In this document: positions 56,966-64,000 of the stretch, piece after piece
How positions within the stretch are numbered: position 1 is the stretch's first letter
How the letters are laid out: each line of letters begins with the position of its first letter
NCBI GenBank assembly: GCA_944391495.1
Contig: CALXTU010000006.1
Span: forward strand, 5,174-69,173
Reading direction: 5' to 3'
DNA: 64,000 bases
Origin: an uncultured Alphaproteobacteria bacterium
Lineage (GTDB): Bacteria; Pseudomonadota; Alphaproteobacteria; RF32; CAG-239
Translations under genes and position numbers: made by a program
The notes under the pieces: generated by a model
Seen by the model: the letters and a program-made list of their open reading frames with translations, nothing else
What the model was told of the DNA's origin: nothing
The model's database searches: none

Positions 56966-57982
56966 TTAGCGGGCGTCAAGTTTGTTATCAAGATTTTCAA
57001 CGGTATTTGCCGTTTCGGCAGCGGCGGTAGTTTCGGCCGGATCGTCGGTCGGAGTTTCTGCCGCGGCAACCGCAGAATCGGCGGCATTTTCCGGCTGTAT
57101 TTCTCCGCCGGCGGCTTCTTTCTGATTTTCAAGGCCGAAAGTCGGCGGCACGGTTCCTTCATATTGTTTTTCAAAATCGCTGACGGTCTGCTGCAGTGAC
57201 TGCTGCAGAATTTCCAAATTCTTTTTGTCGTTCAGATAGCGTGTCAGCCATTTGGAAATCATCTCGCGATGACGCGACGTTTTGGAAACACCAACGAATA
57301 CGGGAATATTCCATAAAGTTTGTTTGGCCGGAGCCACCTGTTGGCGCAAACCGAGGCGGGCAGCCTCCAACATGCCGTTATAGTAACTGGTAATCATATA
57401 ATCCGCTTCTCGAGTGAATAATTTTTCAAACATCGCATAAGCAGAATCGACTTCCGCAGGCTGCAACTCGGCTACCTTTTTCTCAACAAAATCGGTAAAT
57501 ATCTCCTTGGTATTGCGTACGCCCTTAAGCTTTTTGAGGTCTTCGGTCGATTTGACCTCGTTAATGCGGTCGGGCAGCATAAAAACGGTTATCGGATTAT
57601 ACATAGCCGCGGGAAAAAGCAGATCAAGCCCCTTAAACATCTCGGTCTGGTAATAGGCGCCGACAAAGAAATCTATATCACCCTGCCGGACTTTTTGGGT
57701 TAAATCGTCCACGGTCTTTTGCTGCAGTTCGTAATGCATCTTCAAATTTGCTTCTTTGATAAAAGCATCAAGCATCGGCTGAAACACCGTATGGAAATTG
57801 CCGTAGACAATACTGTCCGGGTGGTCGACATACCCGAAAGGTGCATAGTCGATATACCCGGTCACCCGCAATTCGGTTACTTTTTTGGGATGTTTTTCTT
57901 CATAACGGACAAAAGCCGACGCCTGTCCGGCGACAACCGCCAGCAGACAAATGCCAAAAACTGTGAGCAGGATTTTTTTCAT
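56966..57982 (-). CDS. periplasmic solute-binding protein (SBP family 3-like) with an Ala/Glu/Thr-rich C-terminal tail
   Basis: Signal peptide 'MKKILLTVFGICLLAVVAGQASA'. 'YIDYAPFGY' and 'DFFVGAYY' are SBP_bac_3-like. There is no adjacent permease or ATPase. Confidence 0.6.
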   Translation of the reverse strand: MKKILLTVFGICLLAVVAGQASAFVRYEEKHPKKVTELRVTGYIDYAPFGYVDHPDSIVYGNFHTVFQPMLDAFIKEANLKMHYELQQKTVDDLTQKVRQGDIDFFVGAYYQTEMFKGLDLLFPAAMYNPITVFMLPDRINEVKSTEDLKKLKGVRNTKEIFTDFVEKKVAELQPAEVDSAYAMFEKLFTREADYMITSYYNGMLEAARLGLRQQVAPAKQTLWNIPVFVGVSKTSRHREMISKWLTRYLNDKKNLEILQQSLQQTVSDFEKQYEGTVPPTFGLENQKEAAGGEIQPENAADSAVAAAETPTDDPAETTAAAETANTVENLDNKLDAR

Positions 57983-58076
57983 GGTTGCTTTTATCTCCGC
58001 AATTAACTATATTTAAGATAATTTGATGTTATTATAAAGATTAATGGGTTAATTTTATTTTAAGGATAGTTGAAAA

Positions 58077-58442
58077 ATGGATAATCTCGGCAGTTATGCC
58101 CAAACCGAAGTCGCCGGCATGAGCGAAGCCGAGCTGGAGTCCCGTGCGCTTATAAAAACGGCTTCCGCATTGAACAAAGTTAAAGAAAACTGGCCGGAAG
58201 ACAAAGAGGAACTGCAGCAGGCTCTGGATAAAAACCGCCGGTTATGGAGTGTTTTGGCGGCTGCCATGCGTGAAGAAGACTGTCCGCAACCGGCTGAGGT
58301 GAAACAAAATATTTTGAATCTGGCCTCGTTTATTTTTCAACGCACTCTTGATGTTTCTGCCCATCCGGCGCCGGAAAAGCTGGATATTTTGATTAATATC
58401 AATATGAATATTGCCCGCGGTCTTTCTGGAAAGGCCGAATAG
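58077..58442 (+). CDS. flaF: flagellin synthesis regulator FlaF
   Basis: 'EAELESRALIKTASAL...QQALDKNRRLWSVLAAAM...PQPAEVKQNILNLASFIFQRTL' matches the FlaF pattern seen in alphaproteobacteria. Confidence 0.7.
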   Translation: MDNLGSYAQTEVAGMSEAELESRALIKTASALNKVKENWPEDKEELQQALDKNRRLWSVLAAAMREEDCPQPAEVKQNILNLASFIFQRTLDVSAHPAPEKLDILININMNIARGLSGKAE

Positions 58443-58446
58443 CCTC

Positions 58447-58704
58447 TTACAACCAAAGGCGGCTGCTGTCTTCGGTCTTAATTTTGGCTATTTCAAAGCG
58501 GTAAAGCGTCAGGTAATTTTCTTTATTCCACAAATGACGATGCCGCAGCAGAATTCCTTTGGGATAAGGTCCGTCGATTTTGTCTTTGCCTTGCATATCC
58601 GAAATATGCGGCCGGTTATTCTTTTTTATTCTGTCATACATTTCCGGCTTTCCTGTTTTTTTATTATATAAATACGAATGACGTTTTTCAAAGACAACAG
58701 TCAT
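58447..58704 (-). CDS. small basic hypothetical protein (85 aa)
   Basis: An ORF with no recognised motif. It is convergent with flaF and very Lys/Arg-rich. Its coding status is uncertain. Confidence 0.3.
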   Translation of the reverse strand: MTVVFEKRHSYLYNKKTGKPEMYDRIKKNNRPHISDMQGKDKIDGPYPKGILLRHRHLWNKENYLTLYRFEIAKIKTEDSSRLWL

Positions 58705-58771
58705 AAATTATTTTTTATGAAAAAAATGATTGACTAACGAAAATAAATATATTATCAATGCTTCATCTTAC

Positions 58772-58857
58772 GGGGGTATGGCGGAATTGGTAGACGCGCT
58801 AGACTCAAAATCTTGTGGCCTCTGGCCGTGTCAGTTCAAGTCTGACTACCCCTACCA
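58772..58857 (+). tRNA. tRNA-Leu (anticodon CAA), class II with long variable arm, CCA encoded
   Basis: Acceptor GGGGGTA/TACCCCT, D-arm 'GCGGAATTGGTAGACGC', anticodon loop 'CTCAAAA', variable arm 'GTGGCCTCTGGCCGTG' and T-arm 'GTCAG TTCAAGT CTGAC', ending in ACCA. Length 86 nt. There is one U-U mismatch in the anticodon stem. Confidence 0.9.
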
Positions 58858-58862
58858 GATTA

Positions 58863-58899
58863 AAAAGCCATGCAAATTATCAATTTGCATGGCTTTTTT
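58863..58899 (+). terminator. rho-independent terminator after tRNA-Leu
   Basis: 16-bp stem 'aaaagccatgcaaatt'/'aatttgcatggctttt' with a 4-nt loop, running into a T-run. Confidence 0.85.
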
Positions 58900-59092
58900 G
58901 TTTGATAACAGCAGACACCGTTCTTTTCCGCTAACTTCAAGCCGGCATATTACAAGCCAATCCCTTTATATTTTTATATTCAAAAACAATCCTCTATCCC
59001 TCATCTTTGGATAAGTTGTTAAAAATAGGTTTATTTTTATGAAAATTCTGCTATAACCTAAGGTAAATTTTAAATAACCGGGCTTTATCTTT

Positions 59093-60322
59093 ATGAAATA
59101 TAAAGGAAAATTAAAACTTAAAAAGGCATATTCCCCGCATTATGCCGAGAAAAAACCGTTCTTTTCCGAAAAAGAGATTATTTTTCGGAGTGCCGGCAAA
59201 GCGATGGTTTTTAAATTTTCATCACGGATGCAGGTTTTTATTTTGGCGGTATTTTTTCTGATTGCCGGCTGGAGCAGCTATTCTTATTATATGTATAACA
59301 AATCGGGCAGGATTATATCTAACAAAGATCAGGAGCTGGTTGAAACCCGCGATGCCTATGTCGACCTGATGAGCGATTTTGTGGCGATTCAGAAAAATAT
59401 TGACGAGGTTCTCACCTCAATGAATGACGATAAGAGCAAAGAAATCGACAAATACAAACGTCAGGCAATGGTGGTGGAAGATAAAATCAAACAAATTACA
59501 TCCGAAAAGTCATGGGCCGACGGCAAAACACTCAATGATAAAGTCAATATTAACGAAGTTATGCTGCAGCGGGATCTGGCTGCGGCCGAGCGTGATGCAC
59601 TGAAAGAACAGCTGAAAGAGCTTGAGATTGCCGTACAAAACATCAAAAAAGCCGAAATGGAGGTCTTTGACAAGGTTGAGGCCATTGCCTCCAAAGAAAT
59701 CGGCAAGATTAAAAGCGCTTTTGCCAAGGTAAACAGCTCACTCAGGCGTCAGGGATTGTATTTTAACCCGCTGGCCAACTCTAAAAAACGCGCCGCACAG
59801 GGTGGAACCTTCATACCTGATTCGGCGCTGGAATTGCAAGATGAAATGATTATCCAAAAAATCAGCAGTATCTATAAATCGGTTGATGATTTGGAATATT
59901 ACCGCGAAGTCAGCCAGTATGTTCCCATCGGTAAGCCGGTCTGGAGCTATTGGGTAAGCTCAAAATTCGGCACCAGAAGCGACCCGTTCAACAAACGTGC
60001 GGCTACTCACAAGGGTATTGATCTGGCCTCCAGACAAGGCAATAAAATTAAAGTAATGGCTAAAGGAAAAGTGGTAAAAACCCAACATTCCAACAAAGGA
60101 TACGGCAATCTGGTCGTGGTGGACCACGGCAACGGCTTCACGACCAAATATGCGCATATGCATAAAATTTATGTTAAAAACGGCGATTATCTGGAGATTA
60201 ATGATGCCGTCGGAGAGGTCGGAAACACCGGCCGTTCAACCGGACCGCATCTGCATTATGAAATTTTATACCAGGGGCGTCCGGTAGACCCGATGCCATT
60301 TATGCAGGCTAAAATTTCATAA
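59093..60322 (+). CDS. membrane-anchored coiled-coil M23 (LytM-type) peptidase
   Basis: N-terminal TM and a long coiled coil. M23 motifs 'HKGIDLAS', 'VVVDHGNGFTTKYAHM' and 'GNTGRSTGPHLHYEI' give an intact HxxxD/HxH metal site. Confidence 0.9.
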   Translation: MKYKGKLKLKKAYSPHYAEKKPFFSEKEIIFRSAGKAMVFKFSSRMQVFILAVFFLIAGWSSYSYYMYNKSGRIISNKDQELVETRDAYVDLMSDFVAIQKNIDEVLTSMNDDKSKEIDKYKRQAMVVEDKIKQITSEKSWADGKTLNDKVNINEVMLQRDLAAAERDALKEQLKELEIAVQNIKKAEMEVFDKVEAIASKEIGKIKSAFAKVNSSLRRQGLYFNPLANSKKRAAQGGTFIPDSALELQDEMIIQKISSIYKSVDDLEYYREVSQYVPIGKPVWSYWVSSKFGTRSDPFNKRAATHKGIDLASRQGNKIKVMAKGKVVKTQHSNKGYGNLVVVDHGNGFTTKYAHMHKIYVKNGDYLEINDAVGEVGNTGRSTGPHLHYEILYQGRPVDPMPFMQAKIS

Positions 60323-60343
60323 GTTTTTGAAAGGAAAAACAAA

Positions 60344-60793
60344 ATGAAACGACTGAAAAGACTGATTTATCTGAAATTAGCGCGGCGTTTGAGCAAAAGC
60401 ACGACCGGTGCGCCGGTGCCGAGTATTGTCAGCGAGAATACCCGTCTTAACGGTGATATTTTAAGCGACGGCATTATTCATATTGACGGTCAGGTCGAAG
60501 GCGATATTGCCTGTGACGAGCTGGTTATCGGCGTCAAAGGCAGTGTCAACGGATCAATCAAGGCCAATAATCTGCAGCTTTACGGCGTTTTGAAAGGCAA
60601 AGCACTGGTTGATAACCTGTTTGTGGCCAAATCGGCAAAGCTCATCGGCGATGCGGCGCACAACACCATTGCCATTGAGCCCGGTGCTTATATTGACGGA
60701 CACTGCATCAGGCAGGGCGGCCCTATTCCCGCCGAGGCCGGAAAACCGGATTTGATGTTGGTGGATAAGAGCAAAAAAGTTCGTCACGCTTAA
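60344..60793 (+). CDS. bactofilin (polymer-forming cytoskeletal protein)
   Basis: Repetitive beta-helix pattern 'RLNGDILSDGIIHIDGQVEGDIACDELVIGVKGSVNGSIKANNLQLYGVLKGKA' is typical of DUF583/bactofilin. Confidence 0.85.
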   Translation: MKRLKRLIYLKLARRLSKSTTGAPVPSIVSENTRLNGDILSDGIIHIDGQVEGDIACDELVIGVKGSVNGSIKANNLQLYGVLKGKALVDNLFVAKSAKLIGDAAHNTIAIEPGAYIDGHCIRQGGPIPAEAGKPDLMLVDKSKKVRHA

Positions 60794-60809
60794 GTCCAAA
60801 AAGATTTTT

Positions 60810-60835
60810 GCCCCGTTTTATACGGGGTTTTTTAT
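60810..60835 (+). terminator. rho-independent terminator after the bactofilin gene
   Basis: Stem 'ccccgt'/'acgggg' followed by TTTTTTAT. Confidence 0.75.
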
Positions 60836-60850
60836 TATCTCTTTATATTT

Positions 60851-60866
60851 CGGCACGATAATTGCA
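60851..60866 (+). promoter_or_regulatory. sigma-54 (-24/-12) promoter of flgE
   Basis: 'cGGCAC-GATAA-TTGCA' matches GG-N10-GC with the full TTGCA -12 element, about 40 nt upstream of the flgE ATG. Confidence 0.65.
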
Positions 60867-60906
60867 TCTGTTTTTGATGACGTAGTTTAAATAAAGAGGT
60901 TTTATC

Positions 60907-62112
60907 ATGACAATAGCCAGCTTTATTCCTTCGGTAACGGGTATGGAAGCCATGAGCCACGCACAGGAAACCGTGGCGAGTAATATTGCCAATATGAACA
61001 CGACCGGTTACAAACAAAATGAAACACTGTTTTACAGTCTTCTGGGGTCGGAAGGTGTCAACTCCGGTGCGCAAAGCGGTTTGAATTCGTCCCGGGTTGA
61101 TATTACCGGCGTCGGCTACTATGACCGAACCAATATCGGCATTGAGGGTGTCGTTTCGGCAACCGGCAATAATTTTGACGTGGCAATCAACGGCAACAGC
61201 AATGCCTTTTTTACCCTTGACGACGGTTTCGGCAATATTTACTACACCCGAGCCGGTGATTTTTTACGGCTGACACAAAACGGCGTCACCTATCTGGTAT
61301 CAAGCGGCGGGCTTTTTGTGCAGGGATTTGCCGCAACCGATGACGGATTCAGCAACACGTTGTCCGACGTTACCATTGATGCGCCGCAGACAATTCCGCA
61401 AAAGGAAACAACCGAAGCGTCAATCATTGCCAACGTGCCGGCCAATGATGTTGACCGCAGTGTTTACAGTATCCGCATCTATTCCGAAAATTATGACGGC
61501 GCTAATCTCAATATGGTTTTGGAAAAGGCCGAAGGCAAAGAAAACACCTGGAATTTGTCGTTTGAACTGGAGGACGGTACGGCGGTCGGCAATTCGACGG
61601 AGGTTATTTTTAATACCGACGGCACGATTAAAACGCCGCAAAACGTTACCGCGGCAATCACCTGGAACGACGGCTCAACCAGCAGCGTTGATATTGATAT
61701 TTCCGCCATGACGCAATACGGCGAAAGCTCACAGGTTACCAAAATCGACCAGAACGGATTTCCCTCAGGCAATCTGGAATCGCTTACGATTGATGAAGAC
61801 GGCGTTTTACGCGCTTATTACACCAACGGCAGCGACGTTAATATCGCCAAGCTGGCTTTAACCGGATTTACCGCGCCGGAGAATTTGACACCGTACAACA
61901 ATACTCTGTTTGAAGCCAACGGCGAAACCGGCAACAGTTACTATGTTGACCCGGACGGTATTTTGGTGCCGCAGTCTTTGGAAAGCTCAACGGTTAATCT
62001 GGAGGAAGAATTTTCCCAGATGATTGTTCTGCAGCGCGCATACAGCCTCAACGCACAGAGCTTTACCGTCAACAACGAGATGTTGTCGGTTTTGGTTGAT
62101 CTGGTCAGCTAG
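60907..62112 (+). CDS. flgE: flagellar hook protein
   Basis: N-terminal 'VTGMEAMSHAQETVASNIANMNTTGYK' and C-terminal 'EFSQMIVLQRAYSLNAQSFTVNNEMLSVLVDL' rod/hook domains. The length of 401 aa fits FlgE rather than FlgF or FlgG. Confidence 0.8.
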   Translation: MTIASFIPSVTGMEAMSHAQETVASNIANMNTTGYKQNETLFYSLLGSEGVNSGAQSGLNSSRVDITGVGYYDRTNIGIEGVVSATGNNFDVAINGNSNAFFTLDDGFGNIYYTRAGDFLRLTQNGVTYLVSSGGLFVQGFAATDDGFSNTLSDVTIDAPQTIPQKETTEASIIANVPANDVDRSVYSIRIYSENYDGANLNMVLEKAEGKENTWNLSFELEDGTAVGNSTEVIFNTDGTIKTPQNVTAAITWNDGSTSSVDIDISAMTQYGESSQVTKIDQNGFPSGNLESLTIDEDGVLRAYYTNGSDVNIAKLALTGFTAPENLTPYNNTLFEANGETGNSYYVDPDGILVPQSLESSTVNLEEEFSQMIVLQRAYSLNAQSFTVNNEMLSVLVDLVS

Positions 62113-62124
62113 GCAAAAGGCGCG

Positions 62125-62556
62125 ATGAGATTTGTGATGAAAATATTTTGGGCCGTCTGGAATTTTTGGTTCACCCTGCCCGACAAAATACGTTTTTTGC
62201 TGGTGGGCGGTTTTAACGCCGCGGTGTCATACCTGATGTATATCGGCTTTGTGCTGTGGCTGGGCGAAAACCGCTATTGGCTCTCAATGACTCTGGCTTG
62301 GATTTTTTCGTCTTTTATCTCTTTTACGACGCAAAAAGTTTTTGTTTTCTGCACCAGAGGCCGGTTCAAAGATTGGGTGAAAGAATACGTCAAGTGCGTC
62401 GGTGTCTGGGTGGTTGCCTACCTGATTAACACGGTCATGCTGGAAGTCTTTGTCCGCGCCGCCGGCTTAAATGTTTATCTGGCACAGTTTCTGGCCATTG
62501 TCTGCACAACGGTATCAAGCTATATCTTGTTTAAATATTTTGCATTTAAGCATTGA
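62125..62556 (+). CDS. GtrA-family membrane protein
   Basis: Four TM segments and 'FLLVGGFNAAVSYLMY', typical of GtrA-like proteins. Confidence 0.7.
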   Translation: MRFVMKIFWAVWNFWFTLPDKIRFLLVGGFNAAVSYLMYIGFVLWLGENRYWLSMTLAWIFSSFISFTTQKVFVFCTRGRFKDWVKEYVKCVGVWVVAYLINTVMLEVFVRAAGLNVYLAQFLAIVCTTVSSYILFKYFAFKH

Positions 62557-62591
62557 AAAAGAGCCTTCATTTTGCATGAAGGCTCTTTTTT
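62556..62591. terminator. bidirectional rho-independent terminator
   Basis: 'aaaaagagccttcat tttgc atgaaggctctttttt' between convergent genes ending at 62556 and 62602. Confidence 0.85.
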
Positions 62592-62601
62592 ATTGCAGAT
62601 C

Positions 62602-62922
62602 TTATTTGGATTTTTTAGTTGTTTTTTTGGCCGTGGTTTTGGTCGATTTTTTAGCCGCAGAAGCTTTCAGTGATGATGCGGGTTTCAGAATAATCGACTT
62701 AACACTACGCAAAGACGGTACCTTTACGGAAGCAGATTTTTTCGGCATCAGAACTTTAACCGAAGAAGCCTTTTTCGGGGCTTTAAGCTGGATTGATGCC
62801 TGTTTGGAAAGCTGGCTGATTGCCGCATCCCAGTCGTTCAGGCTTGAGTTGGCCGGGCAGCCGTTGTTTTTCCAGATATAATATGCCGCTTCACGAATAG
62901 CGTCTTCATTAAAATTGTACAT
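62602..62922 (-). CDS. DUF2934-domain protein with a Lys/Ala/Ser-rich (histone H1-like) C-terminal tail
   Basis: 'AIREAAYYIWKNNGCPANSSLNDWDAA' matches the DUF2934 pattern. The tail reads 'KKSTKTTAKKTTKKSK'. Confidence 0.6.
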   Translation of the reverse strand: MYNFNEDAIREAAYYIWKNNGCPANSSLNDWDAAISQLSKQASIQLKAPKKASSVKVLMPKKSASVKVPSLRSVKSIILKPASSLKASAAKKSTKTTAKKTTKKSK

Positions 62923-63082
62923 TTTCAGTCCTCCGAAAAATTAAATATCACATTCTGTGTTTTAGTTTATAGCGGCCATTGGTTAAAAAAAAGTTTAGAT
63001 ATTTTTATTTGTATATAATTTTTTTCTTAACCTGTAAGAGCTTAAAATCAATAAAATTTTGCAAAACGACAGAAGGATTTTA

Positions 63083-64000
63083 ATGATGGAACAAACAGAT
63101 TATGCCGACCTGACCGCTTTTGCCATGGGAACACCGGACAGAGGCTTTTTAAACCAGATTTTAGGGGCGCTCAGAGCCATATCCGAACTGACAGGGTTGC
63201 CGGAAGACGCCGGACATTGTTTTCTGCTTCCTGAGGGAGTTGAAGATGTTTCGCTGCTAAAGGAGAGTATTTTTTACAGCCAGTTTAAAAATTATCCCGA
63301 ATTCCGCAAACAGATATTCACCATGATGGACAGCTATATGTCCGAAGCCGGCGAACGGATACCGCGGATTTTTATTACCGCCTATAATCTGACCGAAAGC
63401 CTCAATGCCGGCAAAAATACCGACATGCTCTGCCGGGCGGTTAAAGAATATTATGCCGAGCATAATCTCGGCTTTGTTCTGACGACGGTTTTGACCAGCC
63501 GGCTGCACAAATACAAATATGTTGATTTGATTAACGTGCCGAAACATCTGCTGACGTTTACGTCGCGTATCAGGCTTTTGCAAAACAAAAAACTGCGCAA
63601 AAAAGTTTTGATTACCGTCGGCACAATCAACAACTTCAACCGCCGGACGGTTAAAGAAAAGCAGAAAGAACTGCTGACTCTTTTGAAAAAATTGAAGACC
63701 GACAAAGATTTGCAATCGGCCGTCAAAAAGCTTGAGACCTTTCAGAAAGCCGGCAAAAAAGTTGTTTTTTGTCTGGGCGGACGCGTCGAGGGACCGGAAA
63801 TCGGCTTTGACATTAATTATGCCAAAAAGCTTTATGCGGCGGCGGACAAGCTGGCGCGCGTCGGGTACGGCGTGGTGTTTGTCAACGGACCGCGGACACC
63901 CAATGACGTGACCGATTTCTTATATGAAAAATCTTTGTCCAACCCGCAGATTGTGTTCCAAAACTGTAAAAAAATCGCCGTTGACGACAGCGAACGAACG
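63083..64000 (+). CDS. partial CDS (5' part), ELM1/DUF1022-like (mitochondrial-fission-ELM1 family) protein
   Basis: Not in the ORF track because it has no stop. I translated 306 codons by eye from the ATG at 63083 with no stop before the window edge. 'VVFCLGGRVEG...VVFVNGPRTPNDV' resembles the LiGG...SRRTP pattern of the family. Confidence 0.45.
   Translation, partial: MMEQTDYADLTAFAMGTPDRGFLNQILGALRAISELTGLPEDAGHCFLLPEGVEDVSLLKESIFYSQFKNYPEFRKQIFTMMDSYMSEAGERIPRIFITAYNLTESLNAGKNTDMLCRAVKEYYAEHNLGFVLTTVLTSRLHKYKYVDLINVPKHLLTFTSRIRLLQNKKLRKKVLITVGTINNFNRRTVKEKQKELLTLLKKLKTDKDLQSAVKKLETFQKAGKKVVFCLGGRVEGPEIGFDINYAKKLYAAADKLARVGYGVVFVNGPRTPNDVTDFLYEKSLSNPQIVFQNCKKIAVDDSERT

Noticed and set aside
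58772-59092. Is tRNA-Leu followed by ~190 bp of AT-rich DNA an integration hotspot or island boundary?
   Set aside because: There is no integrase, no direct repeat of the tRNA 3' end that I could find downstream, and the next genes (M23 peptidase, bactofilin, flgE) look native.
63257-63715. A 152-aa minus-strand ORF near the right edge.
   Set aside because: It is antisense to a longer uninterrupted plus-strand frame (63083 to the window end, 306 codons). That frame has a sensible composition and an ELM1-like 'GPRTP' region. The minus-strand product is Phe/Gln/Asn-rich low-complexity sequence.

Overview
This 64-kb chromosomal window looks alphaproteobacterial. The evidence is a ChpT phosphotransferase, FlaF, TrmFO, hpnCDE, and amiC-mrcA-prfB and hflKC-degP synteny; this is inference, since no search could be run. 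I count about 60 protein genes and one tRNA-Leu(CAA). I see no rRNA, CRISPR array, integrase, transposase or phage genes. Content from left to right:
- a LysR-linked periplasmic/redox cluster (764-7083)
- a MITE-like repeat cluster (7158-7685)
- kdsB
- an AlbA_2/Schlafen-like gene translationally coupled to rnhA
- a tightly packed trmFO-hpnC-hpnD-hpnE-M16 peptidase string
- chpT, a cheY-like gene and cheR
- a divergent mirror-image pair of cysteine-rich secreted paralogs (20387-22871), the most unusual locus and my best candidate for something undescribed
- amiC, mrcA, prfB (with the classical +1 frameshift), a hydrolase, an AsmA-like gene and a HAD-like gene
- rne with a ~500-nt leader
- an M48/TPR protease, holC, degP, hflKC and mrp
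- a sigma-54-driven flgI/rod-binding/FlbY-FlgN-like/flgK/flgL operon
- a second copy of the repeat cluster abutting a truncated DUF1566-like gene remnant
- an RND efflux operon
- a GST, an orphan SBP, flaF and tRNA-Leu
- an M23 peptidase-bactofilin pair, sigma-54-driven flgE and GtrA
- a DUF2934 protein and a partial ELM1-like gene at the right edge
All product calls rest on motif recognition by eye in the supplied translations. Start codons were revised where the track's longest-ORF start is implausible.
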